A stretch of DNA of 63,927 nt, counting the filler, from Aduncisulcus paluster (taxonomy: Eukaryota): NCBI GenBank assembly GCA_024181965.1. It is 6 parts of 6 records of this genome, joined end to end, with 100 filler letters (N's around TTAATTAATTAA, not from the genome) between each part and the next. Parts side by side here need not be neighbours in the genome. Positions count along the whole stretch, not along the records: positions 1 to 20,553 come from BQXS01011005.1; positions 20,654 to 27,961 come from BQXS01011007.1; 4 more parts are not named here. One strand, 5' to 3'. Position numbers and translations under genes: made by a program. Shown here in pieces: positions 10,217 to 21,536 of the stretch. Each line of letters begins with the position of its first letter. Position 1 is the first letter of the stretch. Under the pieces are notes generated by a model. It was not told the origin of the DNA. It saw only the letters and a program-made list of their open reading frames with translations, and did not search any database.

Positions 10217-11497
10217 CTAGAGAATATCAGGGACAGGGAGCATTGATGGGGTTTGGAACTCTCGATTGGCTCTCCAACAATATAGAAAGGCAAACACACA
10301 GGCATACATTCCACAGAAGACCCCAAATGATATCCAGGCTCTTCCAAGGGAGAGAGGCAGTCCTTGATCCTTTGATTCCCCTTTCTTCGTTCTCTTTCCA
10401 CTCCAACTCTTATCTTTAGGTCTCAATAAGAGCCCAACGAGAGACATGACAATAGATATTCCTATTCCGGCAATCCAATCAATTGGGGTGGCCAGAGATT
10501 CACCTTCAGAGCCACTAGATACAGAGAAAGGAGGAGGTAAGGTAGGACGGAGGAAACTTGTCTTACACAAAGCTGTTAATCTGAATGCCAACGAAGGCAA
10601 AAGCATTCCGAGAACATGTTGGGCTTTGATCCAAAATCTAAGGGGTCTACAAAGACACAAATAACACAGAACCAAAGCAACAATCGTTGACACACTTAAA
10701 ATCAGTATATTGAAGGATGATTGGGGTAGAAATAAGTCTGAAGTCTCTGAATAACAACTTCCACCAGATGTAACAGAACAGGCTCCACAGTTGAAGACGA
10801 GGAGACTATCTGTTAAGAACCCAAGGCCAACAACAATTAAACCTTGTAAAACTCCAAAAATACAGTCTGAAAAGAAATGCACACCGAGAATAATGCGAGC
10901 CCAAGATGTTGCAAGGATGGAAACCACAACAATAATCCAAATCCACCATGGGGTTGGTTGGGTAAATCTCTCGCTGAGACAAGCACCAAGCCCAATTGTA
11001 TAAACAAGAGAACATGTTACAGCACGGGAAGGGAAGGAGGATGTCTCGTCTTTACGAAATCTGGTGGCTCTACCTTGCATATAAGGTCGGTCACGCCAAA
11101 TAAACCTTTTAGGAAGTTGAGAAATAAGAGCAGTCCAAAGAACAAGCCACATCATGATACCAGCCTCATCATCAAGCCCAACTGCAAACAAAACAATTGG
11201 AATTGCAACTCCCAACTCAATGGCTGTGACAAGCGTAAATAATTGGGCAATACCATATAAAACATAATATAAGGGTTTCTTATGTGTTTTAGACTGATTT
11301 TTTGAAACATGAGAAGAGCTATGACAAATATGGGATTCTGAAGTGGTGGATATTTCTTCTATAGAATTGATTAGTGGCTTTTGAAACGAACTGGTGATAT
11401 AATCATCAATACGTCGAAAGAAATTATCAAATTTTTCTGACAAAATGTAACAATATTTCTTAACATATGATCTTTTGAATGATTTCGGGGGTGACAT
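10217..11497 (-). CDS. PAP2-superfamily integral-membrane lipid phosphate phosphatase-like protein
   Basis: C1 KRFIWRDRP (Kx6RP), C2 position SFPSRA, C3 ARIILGVHFFSD; multiple hydrophobic TM segments. Confidence 0.85.
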   Translation of the reverse strand: MSPPKSFKRSYVKKYCYILSEKFDNFFRRIDDYITSSFQKPLINSIEEISTTSESHICHSSSHVSKNQSKTHKKPLYYVLYGIAQLFTLVTAIELGVAIPIVLFAVGLDDEAGIMMWLVLWTALISQLPKRFIWRDRPYMQGRATRFRKDETSSFPSRAVTCSLVYTIGLGACLSERFTQPTPWWIWIIVVVSILATSWARIILGVHFFSDCIFGVLQGLIVVGLGFLTDSLLVFNCGACSVTSGGSCYSETSDLFLPQSSFNILILSVSTIVALVLCYLCLCRPLRFWIKAQHVLGMLLPSLAFRLTALCKTSFLRPTLPPPFSVSSGSEGESLATPIDWIAGIGISIVMSLVGLLLRPKDKSWSGKRTKKGESKDQGLPLSLGRAWISFGVFCGMYACVFAFLYCWRANREFQTPSMLPVPDIL

Positions 11498-11763
11498 GCT
11501 AGATATATAATAGTCGGAATATAATTATGGAATTATTACAAATGATGGATGTAAACTTTGAAAATAATGGATTCAAACCCGATTAATTTTCCAATGCAAC
11601 ACAAAATTAATCGGGACCTCGTGAATTTTTTCTTCCTAGAAAATTGGGAAATAGTTTATTTAAAAAGCAGAAATGGGAATCACATTTGTAGAATATTCGA
11701 TTATTTTTTATCTTGTACATTGTAATCCCTTTCTATCGCTCTTAGGCTCAGCGAGCGGCTCAC

Positions 11764-12431
11764 TTTTTGTAATATAATGGTTTAGAATAGAAAAGGGTAT
11801 AAATATTAAACGATTTAATGTGAAAAAATAAAAAAAATTGGGGGGTATATGTCTTATTGTTACAAATCACAGTATCATACTGTTCCCACAATGATAATGA
11901 AATATTTTGTTAATAAAAAAGGCAAATTATGCACTCAATTTAAGATTTAAAAAAAATTCATCTTTCAAAATGAAATGCATCAGTGCGCTTATTTTAGCGC
12001 AATGTAAAAAAAGCATTTGTCCTGTTATTCAAGGAAAATACTGGGTTCTCATGCATCCTTCAACTTGTATTTTTGCTTCTTATGTTGNNNNNNNNNNNNN
12101 NNNNNNNTTTTTGTAATATAATGGTTTAGAATAGAAAAGGGTATAAATATTAAACGATTTAATGTGAAAAAATAAAAAAAATTGGGGGGTATATGTCTTA
12201 TTGTTACAAATCACAGTATCATACTGTTCCCACAATGATAATGAAATATTTTGTTAATAAAAAAGGCAAATTATGCACTCAATTTAAGATTTAAAAAAAA
12301 TTCATCTTTCAAAATGAAATGCATCAGTGCGCTTATTTTAGCGCAATGTAAAAAAAGCATTTGTCCTGTTATTCAAGGAAAATACTGGGTTCTCATGCAT
12401 CCTTCAACTTGTATTTTTGCTTCTTATGTTG
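11764..12431. repeat. 324-bp duplication flanking an N20 gap (11764-12087 = 12108-12431); unmerged contig overlap
   Basis: Identical sequence on both sides of N20 at 12088-12107. Confidence 0.9.
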
Positions 12432-13075
12432 AAAAACAATTTCCAATTAATATTCAAGGTAGTAATTCATCGAATCCACTAGATGATGATTCTGGATCGA
12501 GTGGATTCACAGATTATTATGAAGAGGAAGATTTATTAACAATGCCACAGCCTAGATTAGATATTCCAATTCCAGAGATTCTGTTTGATGGAGAAAAAGA
12601 TAAAAAAATAGACAAGGATAAAGACTCCCATTTACACAAAGATTTAGAAGATCAGCTGTTATTAATAGACCAAGAATATAAAGCAGTTGTTAAACAAGCT
12701 AAAAAAGATGAAGAATCGATTATCACTCAACATGACGAGGGTTTAAAAGCAGTTGAAGCCTCAGAACATCGAAAGGCTCAAATTGCCAAAAAAAAGGAGA
12801 ATAGATATAAATTATCGCCGAAACGTTCGGGATCAATTCGTGATAAGTCAAAACATATGGACACCTTTAGTAGAGAGTGGATTGAAAAACAAAAGTTGGA
12901 AAAATCTATATCTGATGCTCAATCTCATATTTCTGATTCAAAAAGGGAATTTTTACTCTCTATTGGTAAAATTGCTTTTAAAAACACCCTCCCTCACCGG
13001 GGTGGAGAACCTCATTCTTCTAAAGATCTAATTGATGAAATGAAACAAGAAGTCTATTCGTGGTGCATGTTTTAA
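12314..13075 (+). CDS. Hypothetical protein (~250 aa) with charged coiled-coil C-terminal half
   Basis: ORF (track start 12251; first ATG 12314); K/E-rich helical composition. Confidence 0.65.
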   Translation: MKCISALILAQCKKSICPVIQGKYWVLMHPSTCIFASYVEKQFPINIQGSNSSNPLDDDSGSSGFTDYYEEEDLLTMPQPRLDIPIPEILFDGEKDKKIDKDKDSHLHKDLEDQLLLIDQEYKAVVKQAKKDEESIITQHDEGLKAVEASEHRKAQIAKKKENRYKLSPKRSGSIRDKSKHMDTFSREWIEKQKLEKSISDAQSHISDSKREFLLSIGKIAFKNTLPHRGGEPHSSKDLIDEMKQEVYSWCMF

Positions 13076-14081
13076 GGTTTTTTGCTTCGAAAGATGGTAT
13101 GGAATTGATAATAAAAGTTATTATAATATAATATGAATACGACTGATTTGCTATAGGAAAGAAATAAAGGTTTATTCAAGGTAATATTACTCAGAAATAG
13201 TATGATAATATGATATCTGATTGATAAATCATCATAATGAAATGAATGATAGAGAATGAAAATTCATCTTTGCCAAAAATGGTAAGACATAAAGAATCCG
13301 AAATTGAAAACAAATTCAATAGAAAAGGTAAAATATATATAAAAGAGCGAAAGGATACAAAAAATAGCAAGTATGACGATCATGCCGCCATAAATGATGT
13401 ACAAGTAAAAAAACATTGAACTATAGGAAGGGGGAAAGCTATTATAATAAATTAACTTGAATGTCTAAAACAGTAATAAATAACAGTAAAAAAAAAAAAA
13501 AAAAGAATTCCCATAAAAAAATTAAAGGGAGGTGGGATATTCACATATAACATAATTGGAGGAAAAGAGCGAATGAAATGGAATCAGATATGTTCAACAT
13601 TAAATTGCAATCTATCTTGTTCTTTCAACCACATTCTATATGCCGGATCGAGTAGACATGAAGGTATCTGAAGCTCTATGTTAAAATGGAGATAGCGCTG
13701 GGACATATCAATTATTTCCATTTTTTAGTTTAATAACAATTTCAAAAATAGAAAAAAAAGAATAGTTGGTTACAAATAACCGGACTGAACGAACAAAGGA
13801 CAGGAAAACTAGTGGCCAATGCCATCCAACGAGATTATACGAAGGTCATCACAGAAAAATGACCAAAAATACACATATTTCAAATGTTACAACATTTATG
13901 AATATAGAAACAATTAATTTGCCGAGAAAATGGATGCTATTTCTGCGGGTTAAGAGACTATCAAATGTAGCTTTTCTCGTTGAAATATGGTATTTGATAA
14001 AAGAAAAATGTATAAAAATAACATTTTTATGCAATGTAACTTGAATATCCTTTCTGCTTCTGGATATAAAAGTAAGATATA

Positions 14082-15671
14082 ATGGCAACTAACTCCGGTT
14101 GCTTTTCGGACAATCATCGGATAATGTCGGTTCTAGAAACCTTTGGGATTGATTCTTCGGAGCTGGTTGTTTCATTGAGAGCCAAAAGTGAGGGTATTAG
14201 AATAGCAGCAATCGATAAGTTGTTGAAACACCTCGATTCTTTTCATGATTGCTATCATCTTTCTCAGGAAGAAAATTGGGGAGATATTTGTGATGGAATT
14301 GCTTATAGTCTAAATTGTGCAAAAAAGGGTATTGAATTGAAGAGGGTTTTTGATTTGATTTGGCGATTCGTTATTCTCTCCCCCGATTCATGTGGAAAGA
14401 GTATTTGGCCGAAGATAGAAGATCGTATCCAGAAATTTATAAATTATCCAAAGTCATCTGATCATTTAGAATTTGCATGCATTACTGTCGCAGCTGTATA
14501 TGCATTTGTCGATGATAGTGGAGGAATAATTCATCTTTTGACGGAAACAATCAAGAAGAACAAATATCATAAATTAGTTATTCCTGAATCCTCCCAGAAA
14601 GCCTCATTCAGACGACTAACAGATCCTGTGTTAAGTACTGCTCTTATTTCTCTTGGAGCTGCCCTTAGCCATTCTCAAGATGGATCTCCATGGGCTATTG
14701 AACAACGTACCACCATCTGGATCGCTCTGATCCCATATATTCTTCCTATTTTTGAACATTCAGTGAATATTGACCTTATTACTGCTGCTCTGAGCTGTAT
14801 TTGTGCCTTCCTTGAACAAACTGCTGAGACGATTGGTTCCTGTGAGTTTGCTATTGTGACAGATGAAGACGATGAACTTGAAGAATATGAAGGTGTGTCG
14901 TTCGATGAAGAGGAAGCCAGTGATCAGTTCTTTGACGATGAAAAGGGATCTGAGCGTTCCGATGAAAGCCACGAGAGAAAAGAAGGGAGAGATATGCCTG
15001 TTAAGAAGCCCTCTTCATCCAGTCCTTCATCCGTTGGTTCCTCCGTTACATCCGTTTCCACTGTGTCTTCTTCTGCTCAGATTCTTGTCTTAAAGCGTTC
15101 TGCTCTGTTAGGAACTGCTAAGAAAGTATGTCTTTTATCCTTGGCTTCTTCCTGTCTCTCTTTGATTCGTTTCGACCCTTCCCCCAGGCCTGAGCAACGT
15201 CTCAAGTACAATAACACTCTCAAACAGTTTCAGTGTCTTTCGTGTGTTCCCGCGTCGATGGGAGCTTCCATTAAGGATTCGAATAGGGTTATTATGGGTA
15301 GTGGGGAAGAAGAGGAGCTTGCTGGAGGCAGTAACCTCAATGCCTATAGATTCCTGTGTGCTGTGTTTAAGTCTCGACTCTCGTTCATACTTGGGGGCTG
15401 TAATCCAGCGAGATGGCTCATTGGATTTTCCAAGGCTGACCCAATCAACGTCAATACTTTTAGCTGGTGTTGTGGGACTGGTGAAGGGGTTGAGGCTCTG
15501 GCTCATGCCCAACAGAAGGAGCATGTTAAACAGACTCAACAAAAGCTCAGGAGTGAGAGGAAAAAGTTTATTGTGGAACGAGTCGATACGAGACATGATC
15601 GAAGGAAGGATCTCCAGAAGAAGAGGAAAGATAAGGCCGCTCGGTTGATGGGTTTGAATGATGGATTATAA
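14082..15671 (+). CDS. IFRD (interferon-related developmental regulator)-like ARM-fold protein
   Basis: Segments SLRAKSEGIRIAAIDKL, CDGIAYSLNCAKKGIE, LSTALISLGAALS, NIDLITAALSCICAFLE and the basic C-terminal helix (ERKKF...KKRKDKAAR) follow the order and pattern of IFRD1/2 as I recall them; not searched. Confidence 0.6.
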   Translation: MATNSGCFSDNHRIMSVLETFGIDSSELVVSLRAKSEGIRIAAIDKLLKHLDSFHDCYHLSQEENWGDICDGIAYSLNCAKKGIELKRVFDLIWRFVILSPDSCGKSIWPKIEDRIQKFINYPKSSDHLEFACITVAAVYAFVDDSGGIIHLLTETIKKNKYHKLVIPESSQKASFRRLTDPVLSTALISLGAALSHSQDGSPWAIEQRTTIWIALIPYILPIFEHSVNIDLITAALSCICAFLEQTAETIGSCEFAIVTDEDDELEEYEGVSFDEEEASDQFFDDEKGSERSDESHERKEGRDMPVKKPSSSSPSSVGSSVTSVSTVSSSAQILVLKRSALLGTAKKVCLLSLASSCLSLIRFDPSPRPEQRLKYNNTLKQFQCLSCVPASMGASIKDSNRVIMGSGEEEELAGGSNLNAYRFLCAVFKSRLSFILGGCNPARWLIGFSKADPINVNTFSWCCGTGEGVEALAHAQQKEHVKQTQQKLRSERKKFIVERVDTRHDRRKDLQKKRKDKAARLMGLNDGL

Positions 15672-16077
15672 TTCATATATAATTAATTCATTGATATNNN
15701 NNNNNNNNNNNNNNNNNCAATGCCTATAGATTCCTGTGTGCTGTGTTTAAGTCTCGACTCTCGTTCATACTTGGGGGCTGTAATCCAGCGAGATGGCTCA
15801 TTGGATTTTCCAAGGCTGACCCAATCAACGTCAATACTTTTAGCTGGTGTTGTGGGACTGGTGAAGGGGTTGAGGCTCTGGCTCATGCCCAACAGAAGGA
15901 GCATGTTAAACAGACTCAACAAAAGCTCAGGAGTGAGAGGAAAAAGTTTATTGTGGAACGAGTCGATACGAGACATGATCGAAGGAAGGATCTCCAGAAG
16001 AAGAGGAAAGATAAGGCCGCTCGGTTGATGGGTTTGAATGATGGATTATAATTCATATATAATTAATTCATTGATAT
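15338..16077. repeat. 360-bp duplication flanking an N20 gap (15338-15697 = 15718-16077); unmerged contig overlap
   Basis: Identical sequence on both sides of N20 at 15698-15717; produces the spurious ORF 15743-16051. Confidence 0.9.
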
Positions 16078-16840
16078 TATAATCATCTCACGTTCATGTG
16101 TTGTATTACCCATTTTGTTGTCGGTGGATCTTGATGATTTGGGGCTTGTTATGGATTCTCGGTTTTGTGTCTACTTTTCTTTGTGTCACATTACTTTTTC
16201 TTTGATTTTCCTTCACAGATCTATTTCATTAAGAGAGTTTGATTATTTGTTTTGTTTCTATATTAGATTTTATATACTTTTATATACTTTTTGTTTTAAA
16301 TCGTCCTTCCTCAGTGCATTATTCCTTACTCAATCAAGTTTGATTTTCTTTCTCTTTCTATTTTGATCGTTTTCATAATGCTCTTGTTCGATTTTTCACA
16401 CTCCAAGTCAAGTGTTTCGACAAGTTGATATAATTAGACTGTTCGTGCAAATAGAAGTAATAATATCTATTTCATTCCTTTTATTGCATGCATTTCATTA
16501 TTCCCATTCAATATTTGCCATTTCTGGATGAGCCAAATCGAAAATAAAATTTGTCATCTTGTAAACATATATCCAAACCATGAAGGGAAAGAAACTCGAT
16601 TGATCTTAAATTATATTATAACAATTATGCGATTAGAAATTATGAATCTGATCAAATCCATTAATATCAGGTGATATACGAAAAGGTGTAGAATTAAGTA
16701 GATAGAAAATAACTATAATAATATTACTGCATTAAAATGTTATTAAAAGAATAATATGCACTTATTTAGTAGCTTTATGCAGGAAACCAGAGTTTGAGAT
16801 AAGTCGATGTTTGTAACTCAATGCCAAGTGGTGAAATTGA

Positions 16841-18604
16841 ATGAACAGGAAAAAATCGATAAAACAAAAGCCTAAAGCAGACCAAATCCCGAAAGTACAA
16901 TTTATTGAAGATTTCGAAGTGCCACATTACACCATGTCTTGTTTTCGCTATCAAGAATTATTTGAGAGTTCAAAAATATTGGAATCATGTTCTCCTAAAA
17001 TTTCTCAATCACCTGTTATGAATGAAGGGAACCAAGCTTCTTCATTTGTTAATTATCCAAGTTCAATCTCTACTCCCTCCAGTACAACTATTCCATCACG
17101 CGGTCACACTCCTTCAATTATATTTTTTACCCAAGATAAAGAAACTGGATCTATTCTTAACGATGACTCTGAAAAAGAGTATTCTGAAAGTTCTTCTCGT
17201 GATGACATGTTTTATGGTCAAAATCAATCCCAAGAAGCTATATTTGAATGTTGTTCGCAGTCTTTTCATGAGTGTTCATTGATAGGTCCATCTAGTCAAT
17301 TTGAAGGGATTGATTCCTTTTTATGTGACCATCGCCGAAACACTACTTCCTTGGATCATCGGTCAGGGAGATCTTCTCTTGACAGGATGAGTGCTCCGCC
17401 AGTTTCATCCGTTTCACCATTTCTCTTACAAGATGAAGTCCTGGATCGTTTCGAGAGACAAAAGCGTTGGGAGGAAGTCGTCTTCAAACGTCGGAAAAGA
17501 CGGACCAGTGATCAACCATTGATTTATCGAAGTTGTGCAAGTGTCATCGTACAACCTGGGTCAGATTCTCTAATTTTTTCATCAGACAGCAGTTGTCATC
17601 CGACTGGACCTGTGCTTCATCATGGTTTCGGTGGAGAATCTTTATGTGATCGTAAAACATCCAAAAACACACGATCTCAATCAAAATCCCAATCAAAAAC
17701 TGGATCGAAAAGAAGTGCCACCCTTATCAATTTCAAACCTCTTTCCTTCCCTAACAAAGCTCCTCTTGTTGAATCAATTATCCAAACAATTCCTCCACCC
17801 CATTTTGACTGTGGGTTTATTCCTATTTCACCAGATAGAAAGAATACTTCGACCTCCACACAACCTTTGATCGAAAAGGCAGAAGTGTCTCCCAATAGCC
17901 GCTCAAAAAGGACTAAAACTGCGAACAAGCGGTCTAAACAAAAGGTCAATAGGAAACGGGTATCTACTGTGACTGTTGAGGTTGATTCTGAATGTATTAA
18001 TACTGATATCGAGAGCGGTCCAGCTCGTCCCTTTGTTTCGACTCAAGGCGATCATTTCCTTCCTTCTTTCCTCTCCCTCACTGCTAAATTGCCCCCTATT
18101 CTCTCTGCTGAGGAAGGAGCTGATCTTGCTGCCGATGAACGGAGACTCGCCGATGTCAAACTCCAGGAGAAGGTCTCTGGGATAACGAAAGGACGTAGAT
18201 CCTCGTATAGTCTTTGTTATGACCTGAGTACTTCCTTTTCTCAGACGAACACTGTCCCTGCTCAATATGTGCCTCAAACCTCGATTAATGGCTTATCTGA
18301 CATATCTTTCTCGGCAGCTCCAGTTCTCTCACAATCACAAATGACTGATTCCTTCTTTGACATTGAAACAGGCATTGCTGATCATTCTGGTGTGATTCCA
18401 CACAGTTCTCTGGGAACTATTGAGTGTCCTGAGATCTCTGAGACTCATCTCGGGCCAGGAGAAACATCTGAGTTGTATAAATTGGACTTGTGTGAGATGT
18501 GTTCAATCGTTACATCAGAGGGATTGGCAGGAGAAATCGTAAAAGAGCAGGATGGAGTTTCATTTGTGATTGATCCTTTTGCCAATTCTGGATTCTTGGT
18601 GTGA
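16841..18604 (+). CDS. Hypothetical Ser/Pro-rich, probably disordered protein (587 aa) with basic NLS-like motifs
   Basis: Long ORF; KRRKRR and RSKRTK...RKR basic clusters; no recognised domain. Confidence 0.75.
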   Translation: MNRKKSIKQKPKADQIPKVQFIEDFEVPHYTMSCFRYQELFESSKILESCSPKISQSPVMNEGNQASSFVNYPSSISTPSSTTIPSRGHTPSIIFFTQDKETGSILNDDSEKEYSESSSRDDMFYGQNQSQEAIFECCSQSFHECSLIGPSSQFEGIDSFLCDHRRNTTSLDHRSGRSSLDRMSAPPVSSVSPFLLQDEVLDRFERQKRWEEVVFKRRKRRTSDQPLIYRSCASVIVQPGSDSLIFSSDSSCHPTGPVLHHGFGGESLCDRKTSKNTRSQSKSQSKTGSKRSATLINFKPLSFPNKAPLVESIIQTIPPPHFDCGFIPISPDRKNTSTSTQPLIEKAEVSPNSRSKRTKTANKRSKQKVNRKRVSTVTVEVDSECINTDIESGPARPFVSTQGDHFLPSFLSLTAKLPPILSAEEGADLAADERRLADVKLQEKVSGITKGRRSSYSLCYDLSTSFSQTNTVPAQYVPQTSINGLSDISFSAAPVLSQSQMTDSFFDIETGIADHSGVIPHSSLGTIECPEISETHLGPGETSELYKLDLCEMCSIVTSEGLAGEIVKEQDGVSFVIDPFANSGFLV

Positions 18605-19226
18605 TAATATATTATGTGCGTTTTCTTGTGGATCACAGGAATATTTTCGTTTTTTATTTGTTGTTTTTTGTCAATATTTTTACTCCTTTCATCGCTTTCT
18701 GCCCCAATTCATGGTATTAAACATCATGAATTATCGAATGGCTCTTTTTATTTCCTCTATATGGTAATGACCCATACTCAGTATTCTGATACTTCTGGCT
18801 TTTTCATTTTCAACTTTTAAATTGTATGTATATATGTATCATCAACAACTGTATTTATATTATTTTGAGATAAATTAGTAAACAAATGCTGTGGGTTAGA
18901 TCTATCCAAAATTGAAATGGTTCCTATTCACTATTTCTTGACCATTCATAATAACTATATGAGATATAATCGATTAATATGGTATTGGGGATAATATGCC
19001 TTGTATTTATTGTTTGGATATAGATTTAAGCCATTTTGACTTCCTTTGTTCTTTTTCGCTCCATCCATTTTGATTACCCAGTTATATTATCGATATAAAA
19101 TAATACGAACTTATTTACTCTTTCAATTTTTGAATGGAAGTATGGCTCGTTGACATACACCTTGTCAATTGAAAATGACAAGCGAGCCTTGATCAAGATT
19201 CCCCCTTTCATTTTCTTTGAGATATT

Positions 19227-20354
19227 ATGTCAGCACCAACATCGACAGTTATCACAAAGATTAATAACCTTATTTCGGAGGTTTCAGGATCTGGATGGCA
19301 TGTTGAAGAACCTCGTCATTCTGTTCGTTTGTGGAAGAGAAAGCGTAAAGAAACTGCAAAGAAATGCAAAGAATACAAATGTGAAGTGACTTGTCCCGGA
19401 GATCCCTGGCAGGTAGCCTCTGTTCTTATTGATCCTGAGAATCGTCGTCGTATTAACACTCATCTTGAGGGCTACGATGTGGTTGAAGAGGACAGAGAAC
19501 TGGAATGTCCAAAGGGTGATATCAAGATCATGTGTGAGCATGATGATTCACATTCAAAAGAATGCAAATGTGATCATATCGAACAATTGCAGACCAACGT
19601 TGTTCGCATGATGTATAAGCCTCATTCTGCCATATCTCACCATCGTGATTGTGTGTTACGTATGTATGCTGCCCGTTTACACTGTGGAATCTCTGTAGTT
19701 CTTTGGGAAAGTACTGTTTTCCACCAAGATAAGGAATTGGAGGGAAAGAAGACTGAGAATCCTTTCCGCCGTTCCTATCGTGATGAGAAGACTGGTGAAA
19801 AGAAGACTCGGTACATCCGTCAGAATGTTCTCCCCAGTGGTGCTATCATGTACCCGATTGAAGAGGATTCTACCTCCTGTCGTGTTGTGTGGCTCGAAAG
19901 AGTGGAAGGAGAGGGCAGAATGCCAAAGTTCTATGAACATGAGTTACCAAGACAATGCCAGAAGTCATTGTATCGTTTGACTCACTTCATGAGTGAGAGA
20001 CTTACGGGAAAGAAGATCCTTGATGCGGAGGAGGACGAGAAAGAGATGGATAAAAAGGAAAAGAAAGAGAAGAAGGAAAAGGATAAGAAAGAGAAAGAGA
20101 AGACAAAGGAAAAGAAGACAAAGGAAAAGAAAGAAAAGGAGAAGGGAAAGAAGAAGGAAGAGAAAGAGGATGAGGAGGAAGAGAAGGAACCAAAGGAAAA
20201 GAAAGAGAAGAAAGGATTATTCCACAAAAAAGATAAGACGAAGGAAAAGGAGAAAAAGGCTAAGAAAGAGAAATCTGAGGCGGAATCAAAACATGAAAAG
20301 AAGATTGAATCTGAGAAATCTGAAACCAAGGCTGAGATCGCTGGTGGAATTTAA
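19227..20354 (+). CDS. START-domain (StAR-related lipid transfer) protein with Lys/Glu-rich C-terminal tail
   Basis: SGWHVEE...VRLWKR, RDCVLRMY, PSGAIMYPIEEDSTSCRVVWLERVEGEGRMPK match START-domain patterns; the last ~110 aa are KE repeats. Confidence 0.8.
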   Translation: MSAPTSTVITKINNLISEVSGSGWHVEEPRHSVRLWKRKRKETAKKCKEYKCEVTCPGDPWQVASVLIDPENRRRINTHLEGYDVVEEDRELECPKGDIKIMCEHDDSHSKECKCDHIEQLQTNVVRMMYKPHSAISHHRDCVLRMYAARLHCGISVVLWESTVFHQDKELEGKKTENPFRRSYRDEKTGEKKTRYIRQNVLPSGAIMYPIEEDSTSCRVVWLERVEGEGRMPKFYEHELPRQCQKSLYRLTHFMSERLTGKKILDAEEDEKEMDKKEKKEKKEKDKKEKEKTKEKKTKEKKEKEKGKKKEEKEDEEEEKEPKEKKEKKGLFHKKDKTKEKEKKAKKEKSEAESKHEKKIESEKSETKAEIAGGI

Positions 20355-20553
20355 TTTTGGCTCTTCTTCGTCTGAATATTCATGGTTTGTAAATTTTTTT
20401 GGGTGTGCAGGTTTATCTAATTTTGGGGCGCCCTTTTATGAGTTGTTATCACCAATTATCTTTCTTTAAAGTAAAAAGAAATAGTATATTAAATATTCAT
20501 AATGATTTTAGATGGATATCTCAAATTTTATGCATTCATCAGTGATTTATTTG

Positions 20554-20653
20554 NNNNNNNNNNNNNNNNNNNNNNNNNNNNNNNNNNNNNNNNNNNNTTA
20601 ATTAATTAANNNNNNNNNNNNNNNNNNNNNNNNNNNNNNNNNNNNNNNNNNNN
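20554..20653. other. Artificial contig-joining spacer (N44-TTAATTAATTAA-N44)
   Basis: 100-bp spacer carrying stop codons in all six frames; identical copies at 27962, 41883, 53206 and 58493. Confidence 0.97.
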
Positions 20654-20654
20654 T

Positions 20655-21536
20655 CTTTTCCTCCCTTCCCTTCGTCTTCCTCTTGCTTCACTGCTCACCT
20701 CTCTCTCTTCCTCCACACGTGAACAGATTGGAACACTTCTTTTGCATCAAGGAGAAACCGAGGAGGTCCGTTCATGCATGTGTGGATACCCTGAAGAGGT
20801 TGTTGAATTCTTACAGAATGAATGCGCTTGTTGTTGGAACGTTGGTGTTGTCCTTCTTGACGGTCTTGTTGATATTGTGTGTGGAATGGGATCATCTAGA
20901 GGGAAAAAGGCTGATTCTTCACTTCATGGTGCCATTGTCAACCAGGATATTGCTGACTCTCTGACTATTCCTCAGATTCAGGTCCTTTCTATTGCTTCAC
21001 AGTGTCTCAGCAGTGTGATTCAGAGATACAAGGCACAGTCAGCTCGGATGAGGTCTTCTTCTGCCACAGAGAGTGATGGTGAGCATAAACTCTCTTCCAA
21101 GGGGGAACTGATTTCTCCTTCTGGTGTGTCATACTCGGTAGGCTCTCCACGTTCACCACCCATTATCATTGAATACCATCCTGCTGAGGCCTCTGATCTT
21201 GCCACCTGGTTATCTGTCTTCACCCCTCTAAGAGATTACATGTTTGTTTCTCTCTGTGATGAAAAACTGATGAAGGAGGCTCAACCCTCACTGTTTTCCA
21301 TGCTTGACGTGTTGCCTGAGTCTGAATTTGGAGAATGGGCCTCTATTTTCGCTTCTACAGCACGTCTTTTGTTCCCTGGTGGAAGCAGTTCTTGCCAAGA
21401 AGGATTCGTGTCAATAGTTGCTAAGGTGTTGAAAGAGGTTCCTTCCTTCGGAAAGGCATTGAAGGCTGGGTTTAGTAGCCTTGAAAGTGATGTACTTAGA
21501 TCTGCACCAGCCCTTGCTCAATTATTGAAGGAATAG
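20655..21536 (+). CDS. C-terminal fragment of a helical (HEAT-like) hypothetical protein, 5'-truncated at the contig start
   Basis: The frame of ORF 20742-21536 stays open back to the spacer. Confidence 0.7.
   Translation, partial: LFLPSLRLPLASLLTSLSSSTREQIGTLLLHQGETEEVRSCMCGYPEEVVEFLQNECACCWNVGVVLLDGLVDIVCGMGSSRGKKADSSLHGAIVNQDIADSLTIPQIQVLSIASQCLSSVIQRYKAQSARMRSSSATESDGEHKLSSKGELISPSGVSYSVGSPRSPPIIIEYHPAEASDLATWLSVFTPLRDYMFVSLCDEKLMKEAQPSLFSMLDVLPESEFGEWASIFASTARLLFPGGSSSCQEGFVSIVAKVLKEVPSFGKALKAGFSSLESDVLRSAPALAQLLKE

Noticed and set aside
11907..12116. Apparent tandem paralogue of the 12251 ORF
   Set aside because: Exact overlap duplication at an N20 scaffold gap.
15720..16051. Second copy of the IFRD-like C-terminus
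   Set aside because: Exact overlap duplication at an N20 gap.
19982..20469. Arg/Lys-rich and Phe/Ser-rich overlapping ORFs
   Set aside because: Alternative-frame and antisense shadows of the purine-rich KE tail of the START gene.
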